Source: a virus. Taken from it: a DNA stretch of 47,391 nt. This document shows positions 1 to 8,244 of the stretch, one piece after another; the stretch's first letter is position 1; the number at the start of each line of letters is the position of its first letter. The translations under genes were made by a program, and so were the position numbers. Under the pieces are notes generated by a model. The model was given only the letters and a program-made list of their open reading frames with translations, was not told the DNA's origin and did not search any database. The stretch is taken from the IMG/VR virus record IMGVR_UViG_3300034069_000585, positions 1 to 47,391 of that record. One strand, given 5' to 3'.

Positions 1-141
1 ACCTCCCAATCCCGCGACGTGATCGCAAGCCGGCGCTGTTGCAGCGTCGAGAACACGGTATCGTCGGACAGAAGCTGCTCGTACAGCTTCAAGCCCTCCG
101 CGCCCTTGAGCAACATCGGATCGTCGTTCTGCGCCAGCGCG
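1..141. repeat. terminal overlap copy A, identical to 47251-47391; marks circular closure of a 47,250-bp unit genome
   Basis: Compared base by base. acctcccaatcccgcgacgtgatcgcaagc...gttctgcgccagcgcg occurs at both window ends in the same orientation. Confidence 0.95.
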
Positions 142-335
142 TCCATCCAATAGGACGGCAGGAACGACAGCGCATCGGGCCGCGACTGCATCTGCGCCAG
201 CGTCGGCGTTGCGTCGTCGTCGGACGGTGAGCCGGCCTTCGTCGGCACCGGGAAGCCGACCACGTTGCTTGCCAAGAACTCCGTCCCGCGCGCGCTGCTG
301 CGGCGGCCGGTGCGATACTGGTCGGGAGAAGCCAT
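1..335 (-). CDS. portal protein, N-terminal 111 codons; the gene crosses the circular junction and continues at 47250->45438
   Basis: ATG at 335-333 shares one base with the terL stop (TGATG). The frame is open to base 1 and in phase with ORF 45438..47366 (the Met at 47366 equals position 116). N-terminus reads MASPDQYRTGRRSSARGTEF... Confidence 0.8.
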   Translation of the reverse strand, partial: MASPDQYRTGRRSSARGTEFLASNVVGFPVPTKAGSPSDDDATPTLAQMQSRPDALSFLPSYWMDALAQNDDPMLLKGAEGLKLYEQLLSDDTVFSTLQQRRLAITSRDWE

Positions 336-1729
336 CAGAACGCGAACCCCTGCGATGTTGAGCCGATAGAGCCGAAGCCCGCGCCGCCATTATCGCGCGT
401 GTCGGGTTCCCTGTCACGCTCCACCACGCCGAGCGTTTCGCGGCGGCCGATGCTGGCATGACTGAACCCGCCTGACCCGCTCTTGCGCACCGCCTCCAAG
501 CCGTAGCGCAGCGCGTCGATGACGTGGTTGTCCTTGTCGGCGAGGATCGGCAGAACCTTCTTCGTCTTCTCGTCCACCTTGTAGCTGTACGTCCGCATCT
601 CGGCCGCCGCATGGATACAGCGCGGGTGTATCGCCACGTCATACGACTTGAGGAAGTCGACGCCATCTTCGACCGATCCAGCCCCCTTGATGGCCGGCTC
701 AATGCGAAAGCCCCGCGCCTTCATATACGCGATCAGCTCGGGTCGCGCGCCGTCTGCTACGATCGGCCATGTCGTCGCGCCAGGGATGCCCCGATACAGC
801 AGCGGGTTGGGCCATCGCACCGGTTCCGAGGCATCCGTGCCGCCGAATAGGGCCGGCGTGTTGTCGATGGTGCAGCCAATTTGATACGCTTCGAAATCAA
901 CGAACAGCACATCGCCATCTGGATCGGCCACCGCCTCGCCGCGCACCCATCGGCCCATGAAGCATCGCACCAGCACAGTCGGATCGACGGCGAAGCCCCA
1001 GTCCGCCCCGAACCGGAAGATGGCGTCGGCTGGCGTCTCGAAATTGACCACTGACCAGTTGCGAAACACGCGCGCCTCGCTGTTCTGCTGATATTGCCCG
1101 AGCCATATGTGCGCGTGTTTGTCGGGGTCGCGGCGCTTGTCGCGCTCCATATCCTGCCGAAGTTCGGTCGGAAACCATGGGTTCTGATCATAATTGACGG
1201 TCAGGTGCAGGCAGAACGGATCGCCCTCCATTTCTCGCGACATGGCATCCACCGGATCGTCAGCCTCCAGCGGGTTCCATGTCAGCCAAATTTCCGATCC
1301 AGGCGTTCGGATCGTCGGCGTTACCGTGTCGATCGACGCTTGACTGACCGCCTGTGCTTCGTCCGCCCAAAAGCGGGTGATGCCCTCCATTGATCGCACC
1401 GACGCTGCACCGTTGCGCAAGCCGCCAAACATGAACAGCGATCCGGTGACTGTGTTGCGGATTTCGTTATCCGTGCTGTCGTACATGCCGCGCAGGCCAA
1501 GCCGGTCAATCTCGTCGTCGATCATGCGTTTCGACGAGTCGCGGATGCTCCGTTGCACCTCGCGCGCGCACAGGATGCGGTGCGGTTCCTGCGCGGCCTG
1601 AATGACCAAGGCGGTCGCGACAGAGCGGCTTTTCGCGCTGCCTCGACCGCCCTTGATGAACTTGTATCGGCGGGGGTGCCAAAGCGCCTCCGCCCATGCC
1701 GGCAGCTTCGCGTCAATCTTCGGCAGCAT
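335..1729 (-). CDS. terL: terminase large subunit (PBSX/Terminase_3-like)
   Basis: 464 aa. Walker A KGGRGSAKS, Walker B-like RFWADEAQ, and ILCAREVQRSIRDS typical of this terminase family. The ATG at 1729 overlaps the end of the small subunit gene. Confidence 0.9.
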   Translation of the reverse strand: MLPKIDAKLPAWAEALWHPRRYKFIKGGRGSAKSRSVATALVIQAAQEPHRILCAREVQRSIRDSSKRMIDDEIDRLGLRGMYDSTDNEIRNTVTGSLFMFGGLRNGAASVRSMEGITRFWADEAQAVSQASIDTVTPTIRTPGSEIWLTWNPLEADDPVDAMSREMEGDPFCLHLTVNYDQNPWFPTELRQDMERDKRRDPDKHAHIWLGQYQQNSEARVFRNWSVVNFETPADAIFRFGADWGFAVDPTVLVRCFMGRWVRGEAVADPDGDVLFVDFEAYQIGCTIDNTPALFGGTDASEPVRWPNPLLYRGIPGATTWPIVADGARPELIAYMKARGFRIEPAIKGAGSVEDGVDFLKSYDVAIHPRCIHAAAEMRTYSYKVDEKTKKVLPILADKDNHVIDALRYGLEAVRKSGSGGFSHASIGRRETLGVVERDREPDTRDNGGAGFGSIGSTSQGFAF

Positions 1730-2093
1730 CGCCAGCCTTTACGAACGTGACAGCAATGCCGGGAAGCGCCGCGCCACCGGGGGCACTATGCTCAATCTCG
1801 CGCTTGTCGCGCCACTCGATCGGGTCCGCGTTCTTGAGTGCGTAAGCTCGGGATCGCACGACGGCCGGGTTCTGCGCGGAGAGCAAGTCCACTTCCAGCT
1901 TGTAGGTTCGCGCGGCCTGCCCGATTTTCATGGCCTCGTCGAAATCGGGGTGATCCTCCCGCCACCGATACAGCGTCGCACGGTGTACAAGGATGCTGCC
2001 GGCGAACGCCCCGATTGAGTAGCCTTGCTGCATGAAGGCGACAATCTCATCGCAATATTTCGGATCATAGAGGGTCGGGTTCGGCATCGTCAT
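1713..2093 (-). CDS. terS: terminase small subunit (HTH type)
   Basis: 126 aa. The segment RATLYRWREDHPDFDEAMK resembles the small-terminase HTH. It lies directly upstream of terL and overlaps it. The start may be ATG 2093 or ATG 2087. Confidence 0.7.
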   Translation of the reverse strand: MTMPNPTLYDPKYCDEIVAFMQQGYSIGAFAGSILVHRATLYRWREDHPDFDEAMKIGQAARTYKLEVDLLSAQNPAVVRSRAYALKNADPIEWRDKREIEHSAPGGAALPGIAVTFVKAGDAAED

Positions 2094-2253
2094 ATCCTGT
2101 TCGCAAGGCTATCTCGATACCATGTAGGGCGGCCTCAAGCCAAACGTTGCTGTATGAGCCGGCGCGCACTGACGCGGCGGTGTTTGCCCAGGCGGGGCCT
2201 TGCGCGTCGATCGCATCGGCGAGGATGCGGCGCGCGGTGGGGGAGGGTTTCAC
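2065..2253 (-). CDS. hypothetical protein (62 aa)
   Basis: GTG start; overlaps the terS start by 29 nt; no motif recognised. Confidence 0.3.
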   Translation of the reverse strand: MKPSPTARRILADAIDAQGPAWANTAASVRAGSYSNVWLEAALHGIEIALRTGYDDAEPDPL

Positions 2254-2280
2254 TCCGCCCCCTGCGTCGGCTGCACCATT

Positions 2281-2691
2281 TCACTGTTCGACATGGGCGG
2301 TTCCTTGGTGGGCGCGGGCGCGGAGGGCGGCGGCGGTGAGGGCGCGCTCTGGTGAGGTGCCGGCACCGGATTGATACCAGTCATCCCCGCCTTCGCGGCT
2401 GCCATCTTCGTGAGTGATCCACGTCAGCTTAGGTCCGCACAACATCCAGACGAAGCGGCCTTCAATCGAGAAGTCTGCGGTCCAGATGCGCCACCCCTCA
2501 GGCACCAGCGACGTAGCATCGTCGAGTGACGCGAGGTAATTCGGCACATGCGTGACCCGCTCACCTTTCGGGTTTAGCGCGTAGCCTTCATCTCGGCCCC
2601 AACCGGTCGCCATGAGGATTGCATAGTTCAGATCGCGGTCATTACTCTCCCCCGCCTCCACGCGCGAGGCCAGCTCCATCAGATCAGTCAT
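2281..2691 (-). CDS. hypothetical early/middle protein (136 aa)
   Basis: ATG 2691 overlaps the upstream stop by 8 nt. Composition looks coding. No secure family assignment. Confidence 0.6.
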   Translation of the reverse strand: MTDLMELASRVEAGESNDRDLNYAILMATGWGRDEGYALNPKGERVTHVPNYLASLDDATSLVPEGWRIWTADFSIEGRFVWMLCGPKLTWITHEDGSREGGDDWYQSGAGTSPERALTAAALRARAHQGTAHVEQ

Positions 2692-2962
2692 GGGAATTTC
2701 CTTTGAGGTGGGCGCGAACGGCTAGGCCTGTGACGGTGAGGACGTAGATGCGCCGTGATTTGCCGGTAATGCTTCGGAACGCCCATTCTCGGATCAGGCC
2801 CTTCTTGCACATGGCCACGGTCGCCCCGCCTGCCCTGACCTCGTAAATGTCAGGGCCGTACATGAAGGAGTTCATTTTCGCTGCGCCGGCAATTGCCTCC
2901 CGCTGCGCCTTGCTCAAGCGCCCCGCGATCTCGGCTACCTGCTGGGGGTCTGGCGGGGTCAT
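2684..2962 (-). CDS. hypothetical protein (92 aa, possible winged-helix)
   Basis: ATG 2962 forms an ATGA overlap with the upstream stop. The 150-aa track ORF has an R/P-rich N-terminal extension that overlaps the neighbouring gene and was discarded. Confidence 0.6.
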   Translation of the reverse strand: MTPPDPQQVAEIAGRLSKAQREAIAGAAKMNSFMYGPDIYEVRAGGATVAMCKKGLIREWAFRSITGKSRRIYVLTVTGLAVRAHLKGNSHD

Positions 2963-3081
2963 GCGAGGAACCAGATCAGCAGGACGATGATCAGCACGAC
3001 AGCCGTATCGCTGCTGAAGATCAGGCTCGGCACCATGCGGCGGCGGTGGATGCGCGCAATCTCGCGGTCGAAGTCGTCCAT
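2959..3081 (-). CDS. small membrane protein (40 aa)
   Basis: MDDFDREIARIHRRRMVPSLIFSSDTAVVLIIVLLIWFLA has one C-terminal TM helix. There are ATGA overlaps at both ends. Confidence 0.55.
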   Translation of the reverse strand: MDDFDREIARIHRRRMVPSLIFSSDTAVVLIIVLLIWFLA

Positions 3082-3908
3082 CACGCCCCCTCCCCCTCGG
3101 TCGCTGCATGGCCGGTAGCTGGGATGGGAGGTGCACCAGCAGCGAGCCATGCCCTGCCGGCTTTTGTCCAGCCGCCCTCCCCCGTAGCTGGGATGGTCGG
3201 GGCGGCTGGGAGGGCGGCGCGGGCTTGAGCGATGGCCGTATCCATCAGCCCCGTGTTCAACGCCTCCGCGACGCTGTCAGCACAGTCGGCAAGGTTTTTC
3301 AGCGCTAGCATCGCGGGGTCAGTCGCGGGCGGGAGGGAGGCGAGCGGACCAGCAAAGTCACGAGCGCGCTGCGCATCGCCGGACCATGTGACCGTCTCGC
3401 CAGCTTTGCGCCGAAGAAAATCCGATTGGTACAGCCGCAACGCCTGCCGCATAACGGCTTGGGGTGATAGCTCCTGCTCTTCGGATAGTTGCGCAACGAC
3501 TTTCGCCTCGCGCGTGTCAGGAGTGAAGCTCCACTCCTCCCGCTCCCCCGCCCCGCTCGCGGCGGTAAGTACGATGTCAGCAAATTCCAACCACCTCTCC
3601 TTGCTGCTCGCCGTCGCGTCCCAGGGCAATCCGACCTTCCGCCCGTCATCTGACAACGCAGCATAATATCCCGCTGCTGCGATTGTGATGCGCTTCCCCG
3701 CCCCGCTCGCGGCTTCGGCGGTGGCGGGCAGATAGCGCATGGCGGCTCGAAATGCCGGCAGCCATGTTTCCCAGTATTGTTGTCCGGTATTGAAAAACCA
3801 ATAAGGGTCTTCGCCCCGATGGCTCAACAACTCGGTCACGGCGTCCTTAAGCTGCGCATCTGTCAGCGCCCGCGCCTCTGCGGCATCGGTGGTCGTGTCG
3901 TCAGCCAT
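3081..3908 (-). CDS. hypothetical protein (275 aa)
   Basis: Starts MADDTTTD at ATG 3908, overlapping the upstream gene by 8 nt. The C-terminus holds a short internal duplication (IPATG twice; gtagctgggatgg twice in the DNA). Confidence 0.65.
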   Translation of the reverse strand: MADDTTTDAAEARALTDAQLKDAVTELLSHRGEDPYWFFNTGQQYWETWLPAFRAAMRYLPATAEAASGAGKRITIAAAGYYAALSDDGRKVGLPWDATASSKERWLEFADIVLTAASGAGEREEWSFTPDTREAKVVAQLSEEQELSPQAVMRQALRLYQSDFLRRKAGETVTWSGDAQRARDFAGPLASLPPATDPAMLALKNLADCADSVAEALNTGLMDTAIAQARAALPAAPTIPATGEGGWTKAGRAWLAAGAPPIPATGHAATEGEGA

Positions 3909-4269
3909 TGGCCTGATCCTTCTTGGAGCGCGCATCGCTGATCACTTGATGCAGCGTCTCGATTGGGCTGGCGGTGCGCTCGTCCGAGCCGCACTCGACC
4001 TCGACGGTCGGACCGAACATGGCGAGCAACTCGGTCGTCTTCTCGCGAAAGTTCTCGCTGGTGATGTCGAGCGGCATAGCCGGGAACTGCGCCTGGACGC
4101 GCTCGCGCACCTTGGGCAGCATCGCGCTAAATTCATGCGTCCAGACGGGATGGCCCATGATCGCTTCCATGGCCTCCTGCCAGCGCCCACCACCCTGTTC
4201 GAGCGCGATGCCACTGGCTGCGGTTGCGACTGCCAGCGTCGGCAGCGTCTTCTTGGTCGTGCGGGTCAT
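3901..4269 (-). CDS. hypothetical protein (122 aa)
   Basis: ATG 4269 forms an ATGA overlap with the upstream stop. No family recognised. Confidence 0.65.
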   Translation of the reverse strand: MTRTTKKTLPTLAVATAASGIALEQGGGRWQEAMEAIMGHPVWTHEFSAMLPKVRERVQAQFPAMPLDITSENFREKTTELLAMFGPTVEVECGSDERTASPIETLHQVISDARSKKDQANG

Positions 4270-4619
4270 GCTGCGGGCTCCTTGGTCAGGGCGAGGGCGG
4301 CTCGGTATGCCGCTAAGATGCGCTGCTGTTTGCGGAGGTCATTGGCATCCGCTTTGAGCGCTTTCCAAACGGCAGCCATGAAGGCTTGGTCCCGCTCGAT
4401 CGTCTCCGCCTCCAGCGCCGACCGCAGATCAGCCGGTGCGCGGGTGTTCCAGGCGGCGTTCGCTTTCTCCTGGCTTTCGTCATCCCCGACTTCGACGCCG
4501 CAGAAAGAGCACTCGACCGACCAGAACGCGAAGGTCTCGGTTGCTTGGGTGAACGCCTGCACAAGATACTTGTCGCCCGCCCCGCAGAACGGGCACGGCA
4601 GCAGCTTCTCACTCACCAT
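4266..4619 (-). CDS. Lar-family (restriction alleviation-like) zinc-ribbon protein with a helical C-terminal extension
   Basis: From ATG 4619: MVSEKLLPCPFCGAGD...VECSFCGVEV...EKANAAWNTRA. This shows the CPFCG...C..CG...AWNTR signature of the Lar family. Confidence 0.65.
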   Translation of the reverse strand: MVSEKLLPCPFCGAGDKYLVQAFTQATETFAFWSVECSFCGVEVGDDESQEKANAAWNTRAPADLRSALEAETIERDQAFMAAVWKALKADANDLRKQQRILAAYRAALALTKEPAA

Positions 4620-4878
4620 GTCGGGTCTCCTGACGGGCGGAGAGCATGGCGTCGGCATAATCGTATGCACCGCCAGCGATTGCCGCGTGACCATCAGTTT
4701 CGCCGACCTCCCGGCACGCTTGCGCGATCATCAGCATAAGGTCCTTGTTTGCCAGCATTCCCGCCAGCGCCTGCCCCGCGAAATAGTCGCGCAGGGTCAT
4801 GCCGGGCTGAACTTCGCCAGCGCGCGGCTGCATCCCGTGCGAAGGCTTTGACGGAAACGCGCTCGGGTTCTCTGTCAC
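4609..4878 (-). CDS. hypothetical protein (89 aa)
   Basis: GTG start in a GTGA overlap with the upstream stop. The core MTLRDYFAGQALAGMLAN is a pattern common in small prophage proteins. Confidence 0.55.
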   Translation of the reverse strand: MTENPSAFPSKPSHGMQPRAGEVQPGMTLRDYFAGQALAGMLANKDLMLMIAQACREVGETDGHAAIAGGAYDYADAMLSARQETRHGE

Positions 4879-5261
4879 TTCGTCTCTCCCTGACGGGCGG
4901 AGGTGGCGGCTGCGCGAAGGGCGGCGACTACCTCTTCTTGCTGGCGATTGGGGGCATCGTTGAAGCCGACTATTGTGCGGCCCAAGCTCAAGCCCAGAAT
5001 GCCGACAGCACGATCAAAGAGCGGGGTCATAAACCCGCCGGCGATGGATGCGATCGCGCCAACGGTGCACCAGCAAACCGCATCATCCGCCGTGGTCTGT
5101 GTTGCGCTTCCATCAGCGCGCCTCGCGTAGGCGTCTTTCGTCCACGCGTTGTGTTGCTCCAACCGCGTTGCCGCAGCATCCAGCACATCGGCCACAGTCT
5201 GAGGGGCGGTCACGACCGCGCTTGCCGCTTTGCCGGAACCGTCTATATCGTTGTCTTGCAT
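4875..5261 (-). CDS. hypothetical protein (128 aa), DUF6197-like pattern
   Basis: ATG 5261 follows AAGGA. Contains AVCWCTVGAI and a DAPNRQQEEV motif arrangement. Confidence 0.6.
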   Translation of the reverse strand: MQDNDIDGSGKAASAVVTAPQTVADVLDAAATRLEQHNAWTKDAYARRADGSATQTTADDAVCWCTVGAIASIAGGFMTPLFDRAVGILGLSLGRTIVGFNDAPNRQQEEVVAALRAAATSARQGETK

Positions 5262-5289
5262 GATCGTCCTTTCGCTCGCGATCGTGTCA

Positions 5290-5325
5290 GGGCCACGGAG
5301 GGTTTGCGCTTCCCTTCCGTGGCCC
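5290..5325. other. strong intergenic hairpin (13 bp with one bulge)
   Basis: GGGCCACGGAGGG ... CCCTTCCGTGGCCC. There is no T-run on the coding (minus) strand and only TTTA on the plus strand. Confidence 0.6.
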
Positions 5326-5360
5326 TTTACGTAGCTGGTGTGATAGGGTTGCGCAAGGGG

Positions 5361-5831
5361 CTATCCGCGCTGCTCCAGACCCAAATCTTGCGCTATGTCG
5401 GCGATGACAACTGATAGGGGCGTCTCCGTGTCGTAGGCCGACGTACCTGACCGCTGCCATAGCGCCATAACCGCTTCGTCCAACTGCGCGGCGGTATAGA
5501 ACCGTGGCGACATCACCACCGCTACCCTCGGCTTGGGCGTATGCTCGTCGATCGCCACGTCGAGGAAATCGATCACCTCGGCCGGTGCCATGCTTGATTG
5601 TAGCGCAAGTCGCGCGCCTGCGATCCGTTCGCCGAGCATGTCCGACCGCTTCGCTTCCCGCCGGGCGTTCTCCGCAGCCGCATCGCGTTGCTGGAGCGCA
5701 TCGGCGAGCTGGCGGGTCAGGGTCGCGACCTGTTCGGACAGCATCTGCGCTTCCGTGCGGGGGGCGTCGTCGAGAATGCGTTGAACTGCCGCGATCAGAG
5801 CCGCGTCATTGTGTGCCGGTGCCGTCGTCAT
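5361..5831 (-). CDS. hypothetical protein (156 aa)
   Basis: Starts MTTAPAHND at ATG 5831 in an ATGA overlap with the upstream stop. Contains a central coiled-coil-like segment. Confidence 0.6.
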   Translation of the reverse strand: MTTAPAHNDAALIAAVQRILDDAPRTEAQMLSEQVATLTRQLADALQQRDAAAENARREAKRSDMLGERIAGARLALQSSMAPAEVIDFLDVAIDEHTPKPRVAVVMSPRFYTAAQLDEAVMALWQRSGTSAYDTETPLSVVIADIAQDLGLEQRG

Positions 5832-6073
5832 ATGCCTATCTCCCGATAGCTTCCTGTCATGCGCCACTGTCCCTTGAGCAGAACAGCGCACTGACCATCA
5901 TCATAATCCGCGACCAGCATCCGCATCATGCCCCGGTCCGGATCGAACCAGCCGACCGCTTTGACGGGCTGGCCTAGCGTGTCGGGTGCGCCGTGTCGGC
6001 GTAGCGTTTCGCTGACGGTGTGGAAGGGGATGGGGATGCGGTTCCAGCCTGCGAGGGCGTCAACGGTCGTCAT
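5828..6073 (-). CDS. hypothetical protein (81 aa)
   Basis: ATG 6073 forms an ATGA overlap with the upstream stop. Confidence 0.55.
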   Translation of the reverse strand: MTTVDALAGWNRIPIPFHTVSETLRRHGAPDTLGQPVKAVGWFDPDRGMMRMLVADYDDGQCAVLLKGQWRMTGSYREIGI

Positions 6074-6309
6074 CCCTTCCTCCCTTCATGATTGCGGAAA
6101 GCGGTGAGGGCGGCGGCAGCCATGTCGAGGTAGTCGCTCTGATACGGCTCGTTGATGTCGCGATACCGTCCGCCGCTCATGCCTCGCTTGGCGATCCACT
6201 GCGTCTTGTTGACGAAGGCGTTGGCGAACTCATCGCCGTTTGCCCGCGCGATGGCCTTGGCGACTTCCAGCCGCAGCGCCTCATCATCCTGTGTCTGGGG
6301 GTGGGTCAT
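6070..6309 (-). CDS. hypothetical protein (79 aa)
   Basis: In-frame ATG at 6309 (MTHPQTQDDE). The track ORF start at 6345 is a TTG. Confidence 0.5.
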   Translation of the reverse strand: MTHPQTQDDEALRLEVAKAIARANGDEFANAFVNKTQWIAKRGMSGGRYRDINEPYQSDYLDMAAAALTAFRNHEGRKG

Positions 6310-6439
6310 GGGCGGGGCTTCCAAAGTTTCGGGTCCATGAGGCAATCCTCGTTGAGACGCGCCTTAGAAAAAACTGACCCGCACCGCTCACAGCGGCTTT
6401 GTATTGTCCGGCCGGGGGCTACGGGCACCCACTGATGGC

Positions 6440-6784
6440 TCACTTCCCCGTCTCCCCGGCAAGGGCGGTCCCAAAATCGCCCTCGTAATCCTTGACGTGC
6501 TCTACCGCCAAACGGCCAACAGCCGCGAATATAGCGGACAGGCGGTTGATATCCTCGACCTCGCATAGATGGGCGTAGACGTTCGGATTGGTCATCCAAT
6601 TCAAGCACCCGTCCCATTTCAGGTGGCCTTTGAAATCCCAACCTTCATCTGCCCCGCCATGCTCGATTGCGTAGAAGCCAATCGACAACCTGTTTTCGTG
6701 AAGTCGTGCGATGACCCGATGATGGTCTGTTCTGGCGAACAGCGTTGGCACAAACTGGTCGATATCGTCGTTCGAATTGCTCAT
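6440..6784 (-). CDS. hypothetical protein (114 aa)
   Basis: ATG 6784 forms an ATGA overlap with the upstream stop. Confidence 0.6.
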   Translation of the reverse strand: MSNSNDDIDQFVPTLFARTDHHRVIARLHENRLSIGFYAIEHGGADEGWDFKGHLKWDGCLNWMTNPNVYAHLCEVEDINRLSAIFAAVGRLAVEHVKDYEGDFGTALAGETGK

Positions 6785-7830
6785 TTTGCTTTCTCCCCGG
6801 CAAGGGCGAGTTCACGGCCGCGAGCGATGGCTGCGACCATGCCGCGCACCTCGGCGCTGTCGTCCATGTGCCCATCCAGATAATGGGAATGGCTCACGTC
6901 TTGGCTTTCGCTCCACACCGCCGCCAGCTTGCGCGCCTCGATCAGGTCAGGGTCCACCGGCTCGGGCAGCAGGGCGACGATGGCGCGGGCTTCGGCATAA
7001 TCACCGTCTGATGCAGCGATTAGCTGTCTTCCCGGCTCTCCCGCCATCCGCCGTACCAGCGCCTCCATCCGCGCCGTCACATCAGGCTTGGTGCCTGCCT
7101 GGGGGGTGGGCTGGGGGGTGACGTTGCGGATGCGCCAAGGGCCGCCGACCCACGAAGAACCATCTTTCCGATAAACATGAAGCCCGCCGATTGGCCCGAT
7201 TTTCAAGGTGTAACCACCATAACGACTGCACTCGGGACGATCATAAGACAGCTTAACGCGCACCACCCGGCCATCCTCATGGACCGCCTCAAGCTCGCCG
7301 CTCCAGTCGATCGGCGCAGGCTGACGGTAATGCGGGTGGTCGACGGGCAAAACGATAGAAACCTTGTCATCCCAACTGGTGGTTTCTCCGGCTAGCCAAG
7401 GCACATCAGGATCATGCGTCCATCCGTTTTGGTCCGTCCATCCAATCCTGTCACCATCCCCCAGCCACCCCGGCCGCTTACCATCCACGGCGATGGCGGG
7501 GCCCCATTCGATGTCGGTTGAGCGCGAGCCGCGATAGTGAGGATGGTCCGCCGGCAACCTGATCGACGTGATTTTCGACCAAATCCAGTCGTCGAACTCC
7601 CCGTTGATTTGAGGGTCGATCCATCGCCCTTCATAGGTTCCGATCATCACCCGCTTAGGATCGCCACTTAGCCATTCAGGCCGGCGGCCGGCAACGCCGA
7701 TTTCGATGCCCCAGCCACGGAAGCCGTCAGGGCCATATCCTCGCCCCAACCCTTCCCGACCTACCTCGGAACCCGAAATCGCGCCACAGACCCCGTTTCC
7801 GCCCAAATTTTCGCTATTATGATCGCTCAT
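6781..7830 (-). CDS. hypothetical early protein (349 aa) with an internal tandem domain repeat
   Basis: Two ~65-aa units each end in a HPHYR motif: ...GRRPEWLSGD...IRLPADHPHYR and ...GKRPGWLGDGD...IVLPVDHPHYR. Confidence 0.7.
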   Translation of the reverse strand: MSDHNSENLGGNGVCGAISGSEVGREGLGRGYGPDGFRGWGIEIGVAGRRPEWLSGDPKRVMIGTYEGRWIDPQINGEFDDWIWSKITSIRLPADHPHYRGSRSTDIEWGPAIAVDGKRPGWLGDGDRIGWTDQNGWTHDPDVPWLAGETTSWDDKVSIVLPVDHPHYRQPAPIDWSGELEAVHEDGRVVRVKLSYDRPECSRYGGYTLKIGPIGGLHVYRKDGSSWVGGPWRIRNVTPQPTPQAGTKPDVTARMEALVRRMAGEPGRQLIAASDGDYAEARAIVALLPEPVDPDLIEARKLAAVWSESQDVSHSHYLDGHMDDSAEVRGMVAAIARGRELALAGEKAK

Positions 7831-7855
7831 TGTCCGTCTCGCTTCGCTCGCCCGC

Positions 7856-8215
7856 TTAAATCTGGCCCTGAACCGACGCGCGGGCTTTGCGCCGGATCGA
7901 CCTAACCGTGTTCTTCGAGCATCCGAGGCTTCGCGCGATGCCGGCGGCCGACTGCCCCGCCTCGGTCATGCGCTGCACCTCGCCATGATCAACCGTGCCC
8001 CAGCGCAGGGGATGCAGCACCGGGACGTAAATCCGCTCCCCGCCGAAGTGCATCACCAGCCGCGCCGCCAGCCTTTCCCCGAACTGCCGGGCCAACCGCT
8101 GCGCCCGTGCTGTCTCCGCTGGGACGTGCATCAGGGTTCCGCCATGGACCGCCGACACGCGGGCCGCGTCATCCGCGCCCAGGCGTTCGATCAGGACGGA
8201 AACCTTGCGCTTCAA
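7856..8215 (-). CDS. Mor/C-like transcriptional activator (candidate middle/late activator)
   Basis: 119 aa with HFGGERIYVP plus a C-terminal HTH (GQSAAGIARSLGCSKNTVRSI), as in the Mu Mor family. The start is a TTG at 8215 after GAAGGGG. Confidence 0.55.
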   Translation of the reverse strand: MKRKVSVLIERLGADDAARVSAVHGGTLMHVPAETARAQRLARQFGERLAARLVMHFGGERIYVPVLHPLRWGTVDHGEVQRMTEAGQSAAGIARSLGCSKNTVRSIRRKARASVQGQI

Positions 8216-8244
8216 CCGTTCAACCCCTTCACAACCCTATTACG

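Noticed and set aside
39-230. 63-aa plus-strand ORF at the window start
   Set aside because: It has a TTG start, lies antisense to the N-terminal part of the portal gene, and its translation is Arg-rich.
2684-3150. Long N-terminal extensions of ORFs 2684-3136 and 2959-3150
   Set aside because: The extensions are R/P/G-rich and overlap adjacent genes. Internal ATGs at 2962 and 3081 sit in ATGA stop/start overlaps, which is the coupling pattern used throughout this operon.
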